Notes: generated by a model not told the origin, from the letters alone. 46,832 nt of DNA from Tubiluchus corallicola (GCA_030141605.1 JAQGDQ010001333.1:1-46832); one strand, 5' to 3'; positions 11,862-23,683 are shown, counted from the stretch's first letter. Made by a program: numbers and translations.

Positions 11862-12179
11862 CTTCTGTGTTAACTTGTAAAGTCACTGATCCTTTGAGAT
11901 ATCCATGTTTATTTTGTGCTGTGCAAACATAAACGCCTTCGTCGTCTTCTGTAGCATCAATTATTGTACAGTTGCTTGTACTTGTCGTGGTGCTTGTACT
12001 TGTACTGCCCGTGTTGCAAACTCCATGTTCAAGATGTTCCCATTCATGTTTCTCTACAGGAGGTGGATTACTTTCGACAGAGCAGCCCAGGATGAGTTCA
12101 TCTCCCCAAGCCATTTCAATAACCGAACCATTTGTAACTTGTACGTTATTCGAACGAAGCGTCAAATTGGTGGGGGCAT
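11862..12179 (-). CDS. IgSF receptor exon 5 (Ig domain 3; phase 1-1; GC donor)
   Basis: ttttgtag|AT GCC CCC...ACA GAA G|gcaagt; LILGCSVESNPPP...W...DATEDDEGVYVCTAQN. Confidence 0.9.
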
Positions 12180-12180
12180 C

Positions 12181-13190
12181 TACAAAAGAATGTCAAGCAG
12201 AGGAATGTGAAGCAGAAGATGTCAAGCAAAAGAATGTCAAGCAAAAGAATGATATGCAAAATAATTGTCAAGCAGAAGAATGTCAAGTAAAAGAATGTCA
12301 AATATAAGATTGACTTGCAAAAGATTGTCAAGCAAAAGAATGTCAAGCAGAAGATTGACTTGCAAAAGAATGACATGCAAAAGAATGTCAAGCAGAAGAA
12401 TAACATGCAAAAAGTGTCAAGCAGAAGAATGACTTGCAAAAGAATGATATGCAAAAGAATGTCAAGCAGAAGAATGTCAAGCAAAAGAATGTCAAGCAGA
12501 ACAATGACTTGCAAAGAATGATATGCAAAAGAATGTCAAGCAGAAGAATGTCAAGCAAAAGAATGTCAAGCAGACGAATGTCAAGCAAAAAATGTCAAGC
12601 AGAAGAATGACTTGCAAAAGAATGACATGCAAAAGACTGACATGCAAAAGATTGACATGCAAAAGAATGTCAAGCAGAAGAATGTCAACAAAAGAATGTC
12701 AAGCAGAAGATTGACTTGCAAAAGAATGACATGCAAAATAATGTCAAGCAGAAGATTTACTTGCAAAAAAATAACACAAAAAAATAATGACATGCAAAAG
12801 AATGTCAAGCAGAACAATGACTTGCAAAGAATGATATGCAAAAAGTGTCAAGCAGAAGAATGACTTGCAAAAAAATGTCAAGCAGAAGATTGACTTGCAA
12901 AAGAATGACATGCAAAAAAAATGTCAAGCAGAAGATTGACTTGCAAAAGATTGACTTGCAAAAGAATGACATGCAAAAAAATGTCAAGAAGAATGACTTG
13001 CAAAAGAATGATATGCAAAAGAATGTCAAGCAGAAGATTGTCAAGCAAAAGAATGTCAAGCAGAAGATTGTCAAGCAAAAGAATGTCAAGCAGAAGATTG
13101 ACTTGCAAAAGAATGATATGCAAAAGAATAACATGCAAAATAATGACATGCAAAAAAATGTCAAGCAGAAGAATGACTTGCAAAAGAAGG
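12181..13190. repeat. ~1-kb variant 15-bp minisatellite abutting the exon 5 acceptor
   Basis: Interleaved units aatgtcaagcagaag / aatgacttgcaaaag / aatgacatgcaaaag. Confidence 0.92.
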
Positions 13191-13435
13191 ATGCCTGTCT
13201 ATACGATCATTTTTTTCTGTCAGTAAGTTTGCATAATTGTAACTATTTGTTGAAGGGATGTTTTGTTCAAGTATGAAATTGTACCAAAACGATCTGCTCA
13301 AAAACGAGCTAGGGCAGTGGTTGCATCACGTGGTTCTGTAAATGAATAGTGAGATTACAAAAAAGTAATTATTGGTGGTTACAAATTGTTACAAGTAAGA
13401 AACGAAATAGGTGCTATTACCAAATCAACTTTTTA

Positions 13436-14292
13436 TTACAGGCACTTACAAACATTTATAGTTAAAACATCACAACTTTATTAAAACTTTTAATTTACAT
13501 AGTTAAAAATCATATTAAACGTTTTGACAGAGCTACTGGTGTACAACCAGTTTGTATAAGTAGAATCTACAGTTTACAACATTATGCACTAATTATGTAT
13601 TAACAAAAGCCAAATAGGTAATGATTAAACAGACGTGTAGAAAAGAAATTGATACAGTAAATTATGCACAAATTATGTATTTACAAAAAGCCAAATAGGT
13701 AATGATTAAACAGACGTGTAGAAAAGAAATTGATACAGTAAATTATGCACTAATTATGTATTTGCAAAAAACCAAATCGGTAATGATTAAGCAGACCTAT
13801 AGAAAATAAATTGATACAGTAACAAATAGCTAAGTGTTTGGAAATAAAGTTAAAGGAATTGAACTGCTTTGTACATTAAAAGAAGGCTTATTGGGGTATA
13901 TAAGTAAACTTTCTTTTATTAATAAGTTGCAGTTATTTGTAGTCCTCGTTACAATGCTGAAATTATTAAAATCAGCTTTATGGCCAGAGGCACAAATATG
14001 GTCATTAATGCTGGATAGAGGAGAATTTTTTAATTTCTTGCTAGTGCTAGGCGAAATACCAAATGTTCACAAAGTCTTACTTTTAAAGCGTCTTGTCTGT
14101 TTATTCATTACCTATTTGGCTTCTTTTAAATACATATTAATTAGTGTATAAAGTTACCTACAGTGCTATACTGTAGGCTCAGCCTTTAAAAACTGGCTGC
14201 ATGACAGCAGTAGCTCTGACGAAATGTTTAACTTGATTTTTAACTGTTAATGTAAATTAAAATATTTAATAAAGTTGTGGTGTTTTAACCAT
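13436..14292 (-). mobile_element. Penelope-like element fragment (GIY-YIG C-terminus plus pseudo-LTR pieces in both orientations)
   Basis: Minus strand ~14022-13842 translates SPLSSINDHICASGHKADFNNFSIVTRTTNNCNLLIKESLLIYPNKPSFNVQSSSIPLTLF; internal ~80-bp tandem triplication at ~13580-13820. Confidence 0.75.
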
Positions 14293-14319
14293 CACCAAAT
14301 ATTTCAGGAATTAAGAGCA

Positions 14320-15160
14320 AAAGCGTCAAAGGACTTGTTAAATTGCGTGCGGATGACACAAACATTTTCTATAATTTTCTGGATAGCACATTGAATATTG
14401 TACATTGTCACTGTACTTAAATTTTTGCTTTCGCAATCTGCTCGTGGATTGTATGTTCGTTTGTGATGTCATCACTAGCTGGTTCGTTCGCTAATTAAGT
14501 TTTTAGTCTATTACTTAATTATGAGAAACGCTGAAACGCTTTGTCATTATTTTAGGTGTCAAGATGTACACTTTTTACCATACTTGAAAATATGATGTGA
14601 TATAGAAAATCACCCTGTTTTTTAAAGAACAAGTTACTCATTATGTTGGGTTTATTTTAGTGTTATCACTTAAACTTAGAAAAATATGACAAAGAAATTT
14701 ACAAAGAACTGCCTATTAAGCAAAAATCTAAAATAAACTACACGTGAATAGAAATTTTCATGCGTGGTGGTTGCCGCCATTTACTTGAAAATTACAGCAG
14801 ACTGCGAGACTTCGTGACTTTTCGTAAGTGCGTCGTGGTTTTCCGTAAGCGCGCGCTGCTTAAAGTAATTCAAACTTCTGCAGCTTACCAAATGTTCATG
14901 CAAAAATATTACAAAATTAGCTATCTATTTTTTGTAAAAACTTGTTATACTTTTGATGAGAATTGATAACGCGCTGCTTTTTTTCACGACGAATGACGTC
15001 ATTGGAAGAAGAATGGGCATTGAAAATGAGAAGTGATCGCGTCTTCAAACTGATTTTACTAATTACACGAGGCGCTTAATGCAGTTCTATTACTAAATCC
15101 TTCTAACATTTTTCGCAAACATTGATATAAGCCTAACTTCCCATAAGGCTTGACGTTTCC
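14320..15160. mobile_element. Two adjacent Kolobok-like MITE fragments (~14320-14620 and ~14622-15160)
   Basis: Homology to 2662-2920 (inverted) and to 43543-44200; ends gtttcct|ttaa. Confidence 0.6.
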
Positions 15161-15189
15161 TTTAATGAAAAATTCATTTCACAACTTAC

Positions 15190-15378
15190 ACTCCACATTG
15201 AGCTTAACTTGTGTAAACTCTTTAACGGCTTCGCCAACCATTGAAGCTTCACAAGATATGAAAAGGTCGTTGTGTGATCGTAGAGCCGTGTGTTCAATCT
15301 GACTTGTAGACGTATAGGTCCCTGGTCTTGTCTCACTTTCTATCACAGTTGTATTTCCTTGTGTTATTTCATCAGCAA
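15190..15378 (-). CDS. IgSF receptor exon 4 (Ig domain 2, C-terminal half; phase 1-1)
   Basis: ttttttacag|TT GCT GAT...GTG GAG T|gtaagt; TYTSTSQIEHTALRSHNDLFISCEA...VKLNVE joins exon 5 as LNVEYAP. Confidence 0.9.
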
Positions 15379-15989
15379 CTGTAAAAAACAAACGCCAAAA
15401 TTAAAGATAAAAACCAACTAGACCACGAGAGATGACACCACGTGTTTGGGCTTTCAAAACCAAATTTGAAGCTCGATTAAATTTTGTTCTTTCTTTGCTC
15501 TTTATTTGCCAAACATATCATTCCATCTAAACATAAGAAATTAGTGCCAAGAAATAACAAATAAACAAATAACAAAAAATAACATTAGCCAAAAGTCAAT
15601 TTTACATAATTACGAGTTCTACACTGCACTGTCGTATTAATTAATACCTAGCTGTTATCTTAAAGTAAATTTAAATTTTATAAAGTAATTAGAGTATATA
15701 CGTACGTTATTAGCCCCAAATCATAAGCAATTGTAACAGATAACGACAATATCTTATCAACTTACGACACGTCTTCACTTCACACTAGGCCTCTGGCCCA
15801 GATCAAATTGATCACGTGATTAGGCCAAAAATCACCACAAGGTGGCCAAAGCCAACAACAAGCGAAGGCCGCCAAGCAAGATTTCCAGTAGACCACGTTT
15901 CAGAAACCCAGTTAGAAAATGTAACAAGATAACAGTGAAGTGCTTAATCAATTTCAGCATTTTAATGAACTTCTTACGCGTCATATTAA

Positions 15990-16391
15990 AGGAAAAGACA
16001 AGTCACTTAGCGTGTTGGGTTTATGATAAGTTTTTGCAGAAAAATTTGATAACTAGTTTTGTAATAACTGTCTTTGCGTGAACCTTAAATAATCTGCAGA
16101 AGTTTGAATTAGTTTAAGCAATGCACGCTTACGGAAAACTACGACGCACCTACGGAAAGTCACGAAGTCTCCCAGTTTTGCCATTATTTTCAAGAAACCT
16201 ATTCAGAGGTAATACATTTTAAATTCATGATTTATAATGCAAATTTCTTTGTTGTATTTTTCTAAGTTTAAGTAATAACCGTAAAATAAACCCAATATAC
16301 TGAGTGACTTGTTCTTTCCTTTAGCACACCACAAACAGTTTAAGTGATAACAGTAAAATAAACCCAACATACTGAGTGACTTGTTCTTTCC
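15990..16391. mobile_element. Kolobok-like MITE with a duplicated right end
   Basis: ttaa|aggaaaagacaagtcacttag ... ctgagtgacttgttctttcct|ttaa; terminal ~55 bp present twice. Confidence 0.65.
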
Positions 16392-17109
16392 TTTAATGGT
16401 TTAAAGCACAAGAAAACCCTCCACTTAAATATAGCTTAAAAAATTCGTCTTGAAATTTATACTGCTTACATACTGCCTCTTTGCATATTAGATTTGCGTC
16501 GGCAGTAACGCTGTATAAAACATGTAAATCTAAACTCCCTCGATGACGCAGCCATTTTGACGACAGGTCATTTGAAACAAGTTTAGATAACATTCTGTAA
16601 AGCTTGAAATAATCAGAGCATTCGTAGTGCACACGTCACTTACTAAGTAAAACTTTAAATTACTGTATCTTGTCAATAAGATTAAAAATACGTTTTTGGT
16701 TAGTGAGTGTTGGAGCCTGGAGGGTGTGTCAGCGACATTTTACCAATAGGTCAAAGCATTTTAAATAATTAAGAATTTTCATTTCTAGTTACAGCCTTTC
16801 AATCAGGTAAGAGAAATGCTAAGTGATATAACTTTACTTGGAAAATTTTTGGAACATTATTTAATATTTTGTTTTCTTCCTCTGATTTCCGTTGTGCGTA
16901 TATGACGTCATATAATGGCGTGGTCTGAACAGTATTGTGGGAGATTTAAAATAAAAACAAACAAAAATTCCTTTTAACGCGAGTGCGATATAATTGCTAT
17001 AAATATAATTTTTCAAGGCGATTTTTCTGAAACCAACTTCAGGTACCTCTTTTCTTGTCCTTTAACTTGATTTGGCTTGAAAATCATAATAATATGGAGA
17101 TGATATTAC

Positions 17110-17247
17110 CTAGAAACCATTTCAGTTCAGATTCCGGTAAACTCTCCTCGGCCACACACACTATCACGATTGTTGTTTCTTCTAGTAACGTTTGAGTTGG
17201 ATCCATTATTGAACCATTTTCGTCTTCAAGATGAAGTTTGGGTTTAA
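17110..17247 (-). CDS. IgSF receptor exon 3 (Ig domain 2, N-terminal half; phase 1-1)
   Basis: ttttttccag|TT AAA CCC...TTT CTA G|gtaata; KPKLHLEDENGSIMDPTQTLLEETTIVIVCVAEESLPESELKWFL (absent from the ORF track). Confidence 0.88.
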
Positions 17248-17430
17248 CTGGAAAAAAGAAACGTGTTCATTTCAGTCTCACAACATTCTGCGCAATTATG
17301 TTGTTTTCCAGAAAATCATTTTGTGATTCCAAGGAATTTTGGGCAGAGCATTTATAAGAGAGTTCGGATGTTAGCAAACCAAGCAGTTTTTAAAATTAAA
17401 TTCTTAAGATGGCGCTGAAAATGAATACTA

Positions 17431-17562
17431 AGGGTAGTAAAGTCACAAGAAAAAAAACATGGAAAAAAGTTACAATTTTGGGTAAGAAACAAAATCACAG
17501 AAAAAACTGATTAGGGTTAGGGTTATTTTTTCCCGTGAATTTTTTCCTGTGACTATTACCCT
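17431..17562. mobile_element. Small fold-back MITE with central TTAGGG doublet
   Basis: agggtagtaaagtcaca ... ttagggttagggtta ... tgtgactattaccct. Confidence 0.45.
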
Positions 17563-18459
17563 TCTGATCTGTGTTTTTTACCTGGATTCGATACTTCTTT
17601 GGTGTCAACTTACTAGCATCCTATTATGACTTTAGAGACAGAAATCTGGGTGAAACCTCAGCGTAAATTCTACTTTAATGGTGAACTGTAAATTACTTTA
17701 CTTTACATTACATTATGGGTGGCCCAAAACAGACGCCAAATTGAAAAACGTGCACAATTACGCTTTTAACTTTTGGACAGTGCTGTACGAAACAAGGAGA
17801 ATGGTAAATTTTATAGTCCACATTAGTATTGCAAAAAAAATCACTTTTTGCAGTGTATTATATCATTATAATAGTAACAAATTTTAAACAAACAAATAGA
17901 TCAAAACAATAGAATGGTTGATAGAATTTAGAATTTATTATTAGCATATTCGTTACCATGACAACAAAACAACAACAAAATACAAAAGTACAAAACAGAA
18001 CTATTACGTTATAGCTACAGAGCCATAAAATACATAACAAGCAGTGATGTTGACTAAGAAATGTTGACATGTTACATTTAAGCTGGAGTTTCAACTAAGA
18101 ATTATAACAGTGAGAAGCATTTCAAGTGCTTCTTTGATCGGTTATTTAGGAGTTTTAATTACATTCCAAAGAACAATAATCATTAGCCGTCTTTAGTTAA
18201 TTAATTTTCATTAATTGTGAAGTTAATTACCTGCAATACGAACCTGCTCTAATTGTATCTTGTGCTGTTTTTGGCACAAGCCGTGAAAAAATATTAAGTG
18301 ATTTATCAAGGGAAAATTATCAGATAGACGTTATATAATAACAATCTTTATTTAAAGTCGGCTTTTTGGATGAATAATTAACACAAGCTCCAAAGAGCCT
18401 TTCGACCGACTGTAAAAAAACAACTTACAACTACATAACATAGACTATTATTAACCCCC

Positions 18460-18601
18460 TTTTACCCTAAATACCACACGTCAGGCAGAGCAACAGCAGG
18501 TACCATTTTTAAAGTCTTTGATATGACCCGTCCTGTGTATCGAACGCTCGACCTCCCAGACATGAAGCGAACGCGTTACCACTAGGCTAAACCGTCTGGT
18601 C
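18460..18601 (-). mobile_element. tRNA-derived SINE fragment with Meta-like central domain
   Basis: Minus strand: A-box tagcctagtgg, B-box gttcgatac, then ggtcatatcaaagactttaaaaatggtacctgctg; domain assignment is from memory of the consensus. Confidence 0.65.
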
Positions 18602-18820
18602 GAGTGTAGTTATATAAACAAGCTAACAGTATTTTATAAAATGGTAAACAAAGCCCCCCCCCACTTATCTTACATATTTGCTTACTCCTAGAGTCTCTGA
18701 TTGAACTGATTATAGTTTACACAGTTCAACTTCATTGCCTCTATTTAGATGTAGTTGTAACTATTTCCAGTTTCTTCACTTACTGCATTTACGTAATGAA
18801 TCATCTATAAGTACACTTAA

Positions 18821-19370
18821 AGGAAAACAAGACGATTGTTTAGACTCAATCTCATTTTATTTTACTGTCCAAAATATACATTTTCTTACCTATAAAAGTT
18901 AACAATTGTTCCTTATATTTTTAATAATTAACTAAGAAAGTTAATTAACGGCAACCAAACACAGCTATTGATTACCTCAGAAACTAACCACAGTTTGTGC
19001 TATTGATAGGCATCTTCTCTTGCGCGTCAAGCACGTCCGCGTAAGTTTTACAGTACTGCTTGAACCCGTGATGTCACGAAAATGGGCTCTACGTCATATG
19101 ACGTCAGAAACTAGCAATGCAGTTCGTGATCATCGTTATCACTGTACCGCCTTCTATTTATCACCCACGTGCATGCGATAAAAAGGCACCGTTGCCAATT
19201 TGAGTAGATTCACTGAGCAGCGCGTAGCTTTGAAAGTTTAAAAAATTTGAGTATCCGAGGTAATTATTATTTAAGCTGTGCTTTGATTTAAAAAAGACGT
19301 TTTGTAGTTTTCAATATTTTAAGGCATTCTTTATTCTGAATTAATGTTTACATAATCGTCTGGTTTTCCT
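18821..19370. mobile_element. Kolobok-like MITE
   Basis: ttaa|aggaaaacaagacgatt ... aatcgtctggttttcct|ttca; right part is the reverse complement of ~9753-9940. Confidence 0.7.
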
Positions 19371-19394
19371 TTCATATTCACTAATTATCCTGCT

Positions 19395-20075
19395 GTTTAA
19401 ACGTGTCGTTTAAAGCTGGGGTACTAGTGCCATAAATGAATCATCATACCTACGTGATCTATCACTTTCACCTGTCTGTTCAAACTGTGTACTAGTGCCA
19501 TAAATAAATCATCATACCTACGTGATCTATCACTTTCACCTGTCTGTTCAAACTGGGTACTAGAGCCATAAATAAATCATCATACCTACGTGATCTATCA
19601 CTTTCACCTGTCTGTTCAAACTGGGTACTAGTGCCATAAATAAATCATCATACCTACGTGATCTATCACTTTCACCAGTCAGTTTAAACTGAGTACTGGT
19701 GCCATAAATGAATCATCATACCTACGTGATCTATCACTTTCACCTGTCTGTTCAAACTGGGTACTAGTGCCATAAATGAATCATCATACCTACGTGATCT
19801 ATCACTTTCACCTGTCTGTTCAAACTGTGGTCTTGCAGTGGAAACTACCGCACACTCTTTATTGCAATGTAATAAATAGAACGATATCAGACAAGTCTTA
19901 GATTAACTAATGCATGTCTTCTATTATTGCCACTTATTAATTTTTACTTCTTCGTTTAAGTGAGCAAACAAAATTATTACTATGTGGATCGGACATAATT
20001 CCTGATAATGTTACTAAATTATTTTTGTATGAAATTCATACAGATGTTTATATCAAAATCTAACAGACACTGATA
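19395..20075 (+). mobile_element. Decayed 3' end of a non-LTR retrotransposon ORF2 (C-terminal CCHC knuckle)
   Basis: Translates RLKLG-TSAIN...LSPVCSNCGLAVETTAHSLLQCNK*NDIRQ...KLLLCGS; contains stops and frameshifts. Confidence 0.6.
19418..19828. repeat. 68-bp minisatellite, 6 copies
   Basis: Unit gggtactagtgccataaataaatcatcatacctacgtgatctatcactttcacctgtctgttcaaact. Confidence 0.95.
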
Positions 20076-20367
20076 GATGTTTGTTTGTTTCTTTGTTTTT
20101 CCCTTTTATATTTGTCACAGAAACATTATTTATTTATGTATTTACAGCTATTGTTTTTGCTTAAGACTTATCTATGTCAGTTCTACACAACTATTTCGTA
20201 TTAGTTTCTTTTTCTCACCCATTGACAGAATGACCCTGTTTTGAATTCTTCTTATCTTGTATAGTAAGAGGTGTGTTCATGTTTTGGTGGGTTATGTCAA
20301 CAGTTATAAAAACAGCAGAAACTTTACTTAAGCAATAAAATGAGTCACTCTCATGTATATATTTTTA

Positions 20368-21240
20368 TAACAGGCACTTAAAACCTTTATAGTTAAAAAC
20401 AACGCAACTTTATTAAAACTTTTACATTAAAAAGTTAGAATCATGCCAAAGGTTTCAGCTAGCTGCTGCTGTCATCATCAGGGTTAGTTTAAAAACATGC
20501 AACCAGTTTATATAGGCGGAAAAAAATCCTCAATCTAGCGTTAATGACAACATTTGTGCCTCTGGCCACAAAGCTGATTTTAATAATTTCAGCATAGTGA
20601 CCAGAGCTACAAATAACTGGGATTTATTAATGAAAGAAAGTTTATCTATGTTCACTAACAAGCCTTCTCCTAATGTGCAAAGTAGTTCAATTCCTTTAAC
20701 TTTATTTTCAAACACTTCCCTATTTGTTACTGTATCAATTTCTTTTCTACAGGTCTGCTTAATCATTACCTATTTGGCTTTTGTAAATATACAATTTGTG
20801 CATAATATTCTATACTGTAGGTTCTGCTTATATAAACAGGTTATATGTTTGTAAAAATTTACATGACATGATTTTTAACTATGTAAATTAAAAAGTTTTA
20901 ATAAAGTTGCGATGTTTTAACTATAAATGTTTTTAATCGCCTGTAGTAAAAAATGGTTGCTTGCGGTTGGTTAACCGTTCCCGATGATGTCATACTCATA
21001 ACAAAATGCATAGTTAATATTCAAGTTACTGAATCAATTTCTTTACTGGTCTGTTTATTCATTACCAATTTGGCTTCTGTTGACTACTTAATTAGTGCAT
21101 AATAGGCTCTGCCTATATAAACTGGTTGTATGTTTTTAAATTTACCACTGATGATGACATCAGCAGCCTGTCGAAACGTTTGGCAAGATTTTAACTTTTT
21201 ACTGTAAAAGTTTTATTGATAAAGTTTTGATAACTATAAG
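20368..21240 (+). mobile_element. Penelope-like element fragments (inverted pseudo-LTR, GIY-YIG tail, tandem pseudo-LTRs)
   Basis: SVNDNICASGHKADFNNFSIVTRATNNWDLLMKESLSMFTNKPSPNVQSSSIPLTLF at ~20536-20708; 20368-20520 is inverted relative to 20820-20945 and 21110-21240. Confidence 0.75.
21148..21185 (+). ncRNA. Minimal hammerhead ribozyme core in a Penelope pseudo-LTR
   Basis: CTGATGA-tgac-atcagcagcct-gtc-GAAA-cgttt with palindromic aaacgttt; decayed copies at ~20445-20482 (-) and ~36478-36515 (+). Confidence 0.55.
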
Positions 21241-21280
21241 CATATATATTATATATATTTATATGTAACCAACTGCTTAC

Positions 21281-21622
21281 CTAAGACAGTTATGTAGGCA
21301 ACTTGCGAGTCACTGTCATTATTACTGTCATTGTTTACAAGTTTGCAATACCAAGGAAGTTCATCCTCTTCCCATATAACTGGATTTATCCTCAAACTCC
21401 AGTCCCCGCTGGTACCGTTTACATGGTCGACTACAAAATCATATCTTTCTACCGAGTCTATGTTTACGATGGTCCCATCCTTGTACCACTGCACTTCGAA
21501 GTCAGGTGGGTCTTCGTCGCCCCATGATACCTTGCAAACAATGTGGCTAGTTTCACCGTCAATGAATGTAGAGTTGGTTGGCTCGTCACTGAACCACACT
21601 CCACCATATGACAGGCATAACA
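21281..21622 (-). CDS. IgSF receptor exon 2 (N-terminal V/I-set Ig domain; phase 1-1)
   Basis: ttttttgcag|TG TTA TGC...GTC TTA G|gtaagc; IVCKV...VQWYKDG...GDWSLRINPVIWEEDELPWYCKL. Confidence 0.92.
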
Positions 21623-22490
21623 CTGCAAAAAAATAAAAAATTAGACTTACCTGGATAATATTATACTGTTCAGGATAATATTTACAACTCATTTATTGAG
21701 ATACAGAGAATTTGTCCTATCTACTATGGTTGTTCTACTGTAATAGTTTAATAACGTCTATCTTACTTGTTTTTCTTTTGTTTTGTTTATTAATCAGACA
21801 CGTTTGTTATTATTTTAATGCATGTATTTTGCAGTTTGATTCAGTTCCATATTTGAACGTTTATTTAAATTTCTGTTTGGCTAGCTTACTTTTCCGTTCA
21901 TTTAATTAGTTTTTTATTATTTTTTATTTCATATTATTGTTATTATTTTGCATGTTTTTCTCATTTTGAGTTATACATGGACGATATGACAGCTTGAATT
22001 TTGATCATTTTTATATTCGTTTGTACCACATTATTTGGCTTTTACTTACCATTGCTTTTTCTTCATCATTTTCCTGAATGTTTAGATATTTTTGATTGCA
22101 TTTTCATCCTTCAGTTATTTAAAGTTGATTAGTGAATTTTAAACAGATCAAGTTGCTAAGTAAAATAGTAATCATGTAATTTCACTACTATTCATGAGTG
22201 AAATAGTTACAGTGTCATCCCAATAATCACATACATCCATTGAAGGATGGCTTGACTAGTTGACCTTCTTGGTCTTTCACCATCCTATTTCCATTGTGAT
22301 AATTAAATACATTTACTTGCCTCAGTTATATCATGAATATGGAAATAAATGCACGTTTTGAATTGAAAATTGAATCATATTTCGAAATTTTTATTAGTTT
22401 ATACGTATGAGCGATTTTTCGTGGTAATCTAAGCTTCGTAGTTAATGGTTTCGCGCAGGCTTATAAGTTATAACAAAGCAATTCTCTTAC

Positions 22491-22545
22491 CGTTGAATAA
22501 AACCAGTAAATACATTAATGTCATCAGGAAAGTCAGTGGTCGCAT
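22491..22545 (-). CDS. IgSF receptor exon 1 (signal peptide; ends phase 1)
   Basis: ATG CGA CCA...TTC AAC G|gtaaga gives MRPLTFLMTLMYLLVLFN, continuing VLCLSYG in exon 2. Confidence 0.85.
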
Positions 22546-23064
22546 CGTCTAGAATTCTAAACACAGAAAGCTATTCTACAATGATGTTCGAAGCACCGAA
22601 ATAACTTTGAACTTGGCAATGGAAATACGATATCTGATATGAAAGCTCTTTTATTCCGTAGGGTTGCACGGTTTTATGACAACTGCACAGCTCTGAGAAT
22701 GGCGTTTAACTTGCAATAACCCAATAATAATAATATGATCCATCCACGTAAGTGCAAACAAGAACAAAGTGCACGTAGCGTATATTGAAATCATACGCTT
22801 TCTAACAGATAGGCTTAGGCCTAATGTTTGCTGGTGTTTGTTTACATGTGTCGTATACACATAGACCTGAAGGACTTTATGGGTTCAAACTATGTCTTAA
22901 ATGTCATTACATTGCTCACACGTGATAAAGTGCACTGTGTGGGAGGTCCACGCTTGACCTCACCTGGACGTTAATTTTATATCAGTTTCAACAGAGTGAC
23001 CTCTTCGAACTCCAACATGTATTGTATTAGCTAATGTAGATTCCCACTTAATTATTGCTGACCT

Positions 23065-23518
23065 TTCAAATGAACATATGTTGAGCTTTCAGTTGAACAT
23101 ACGATGAGATTTCAATTGAACACGCGTTGAGAGTTCATTTGAACAGATATTGATGTTTCAGTTGAACATACGTTGAGATTTCAATTGAACACGCGTTGAG
23201 AGTTCAATTGAACAGATATTGATGTTTCAGTTGAACATACGTTGAGATTTCAATTGAACACGCGTTGAGAGTTCAATTGAACAGATATTGATGTTTCAGT
23301 TGAACATACGTTGAGATTTCAATTGAACACGCGTTGAGAGTTCAATTGAACAGATATTGATGTTTCAGTTGAACATACGTTGAGATTTCAATTGAACACG
23401 CGTTGAGAGTTCATTTGAACAGATATTGATGTTTCAGTTGAACATACGTAGAGATTTCAATTGAACACGCGTTGAGAGTTCATTTGAACAGATATTGATG
23501 TTTCAGTTGAACATACGT
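23065..23518. repeat. Higher-order tandem array: 69-bp unit made of three diverged 23-bp subunits
   Basis: ttgaacatacgttgagatttcaa / ttgaacacgcgttgagagttcaa / ttgaacagatattgatgtttcag in fixed order. Confidence 0.95.
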
Positions 23519-23683
23519 TTTCCTGTGAAAACGACTGTTTGTAAATAATGTGCAGAATGTGACTGCAGGAGCAGTGGCATTTTGCTCTTGGATTTTAGAA
23601 AAGCAACGCAGAGCACGAGAGTTGAAAAAAGTGAGACGAGATAAGGCGAAACAAAACAAAAACGAGAAGAGATTATTAAATCG

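Noticed and set aside
12146-13276. Multiple QKNVK / LLLDI / CLTFF repeat ORFs
   Set aside because: Open in several frames on both strands only because of the 15-bp repeat; intronic
17510-17525. Interstitial telomere
   Set aside because: Only 2.5 TTAGGG units, at the centre of a small fold-back element
18520-18601. Functional tRNA gene
   Set aside because: No intact cloverleaf; continues into a SINE core
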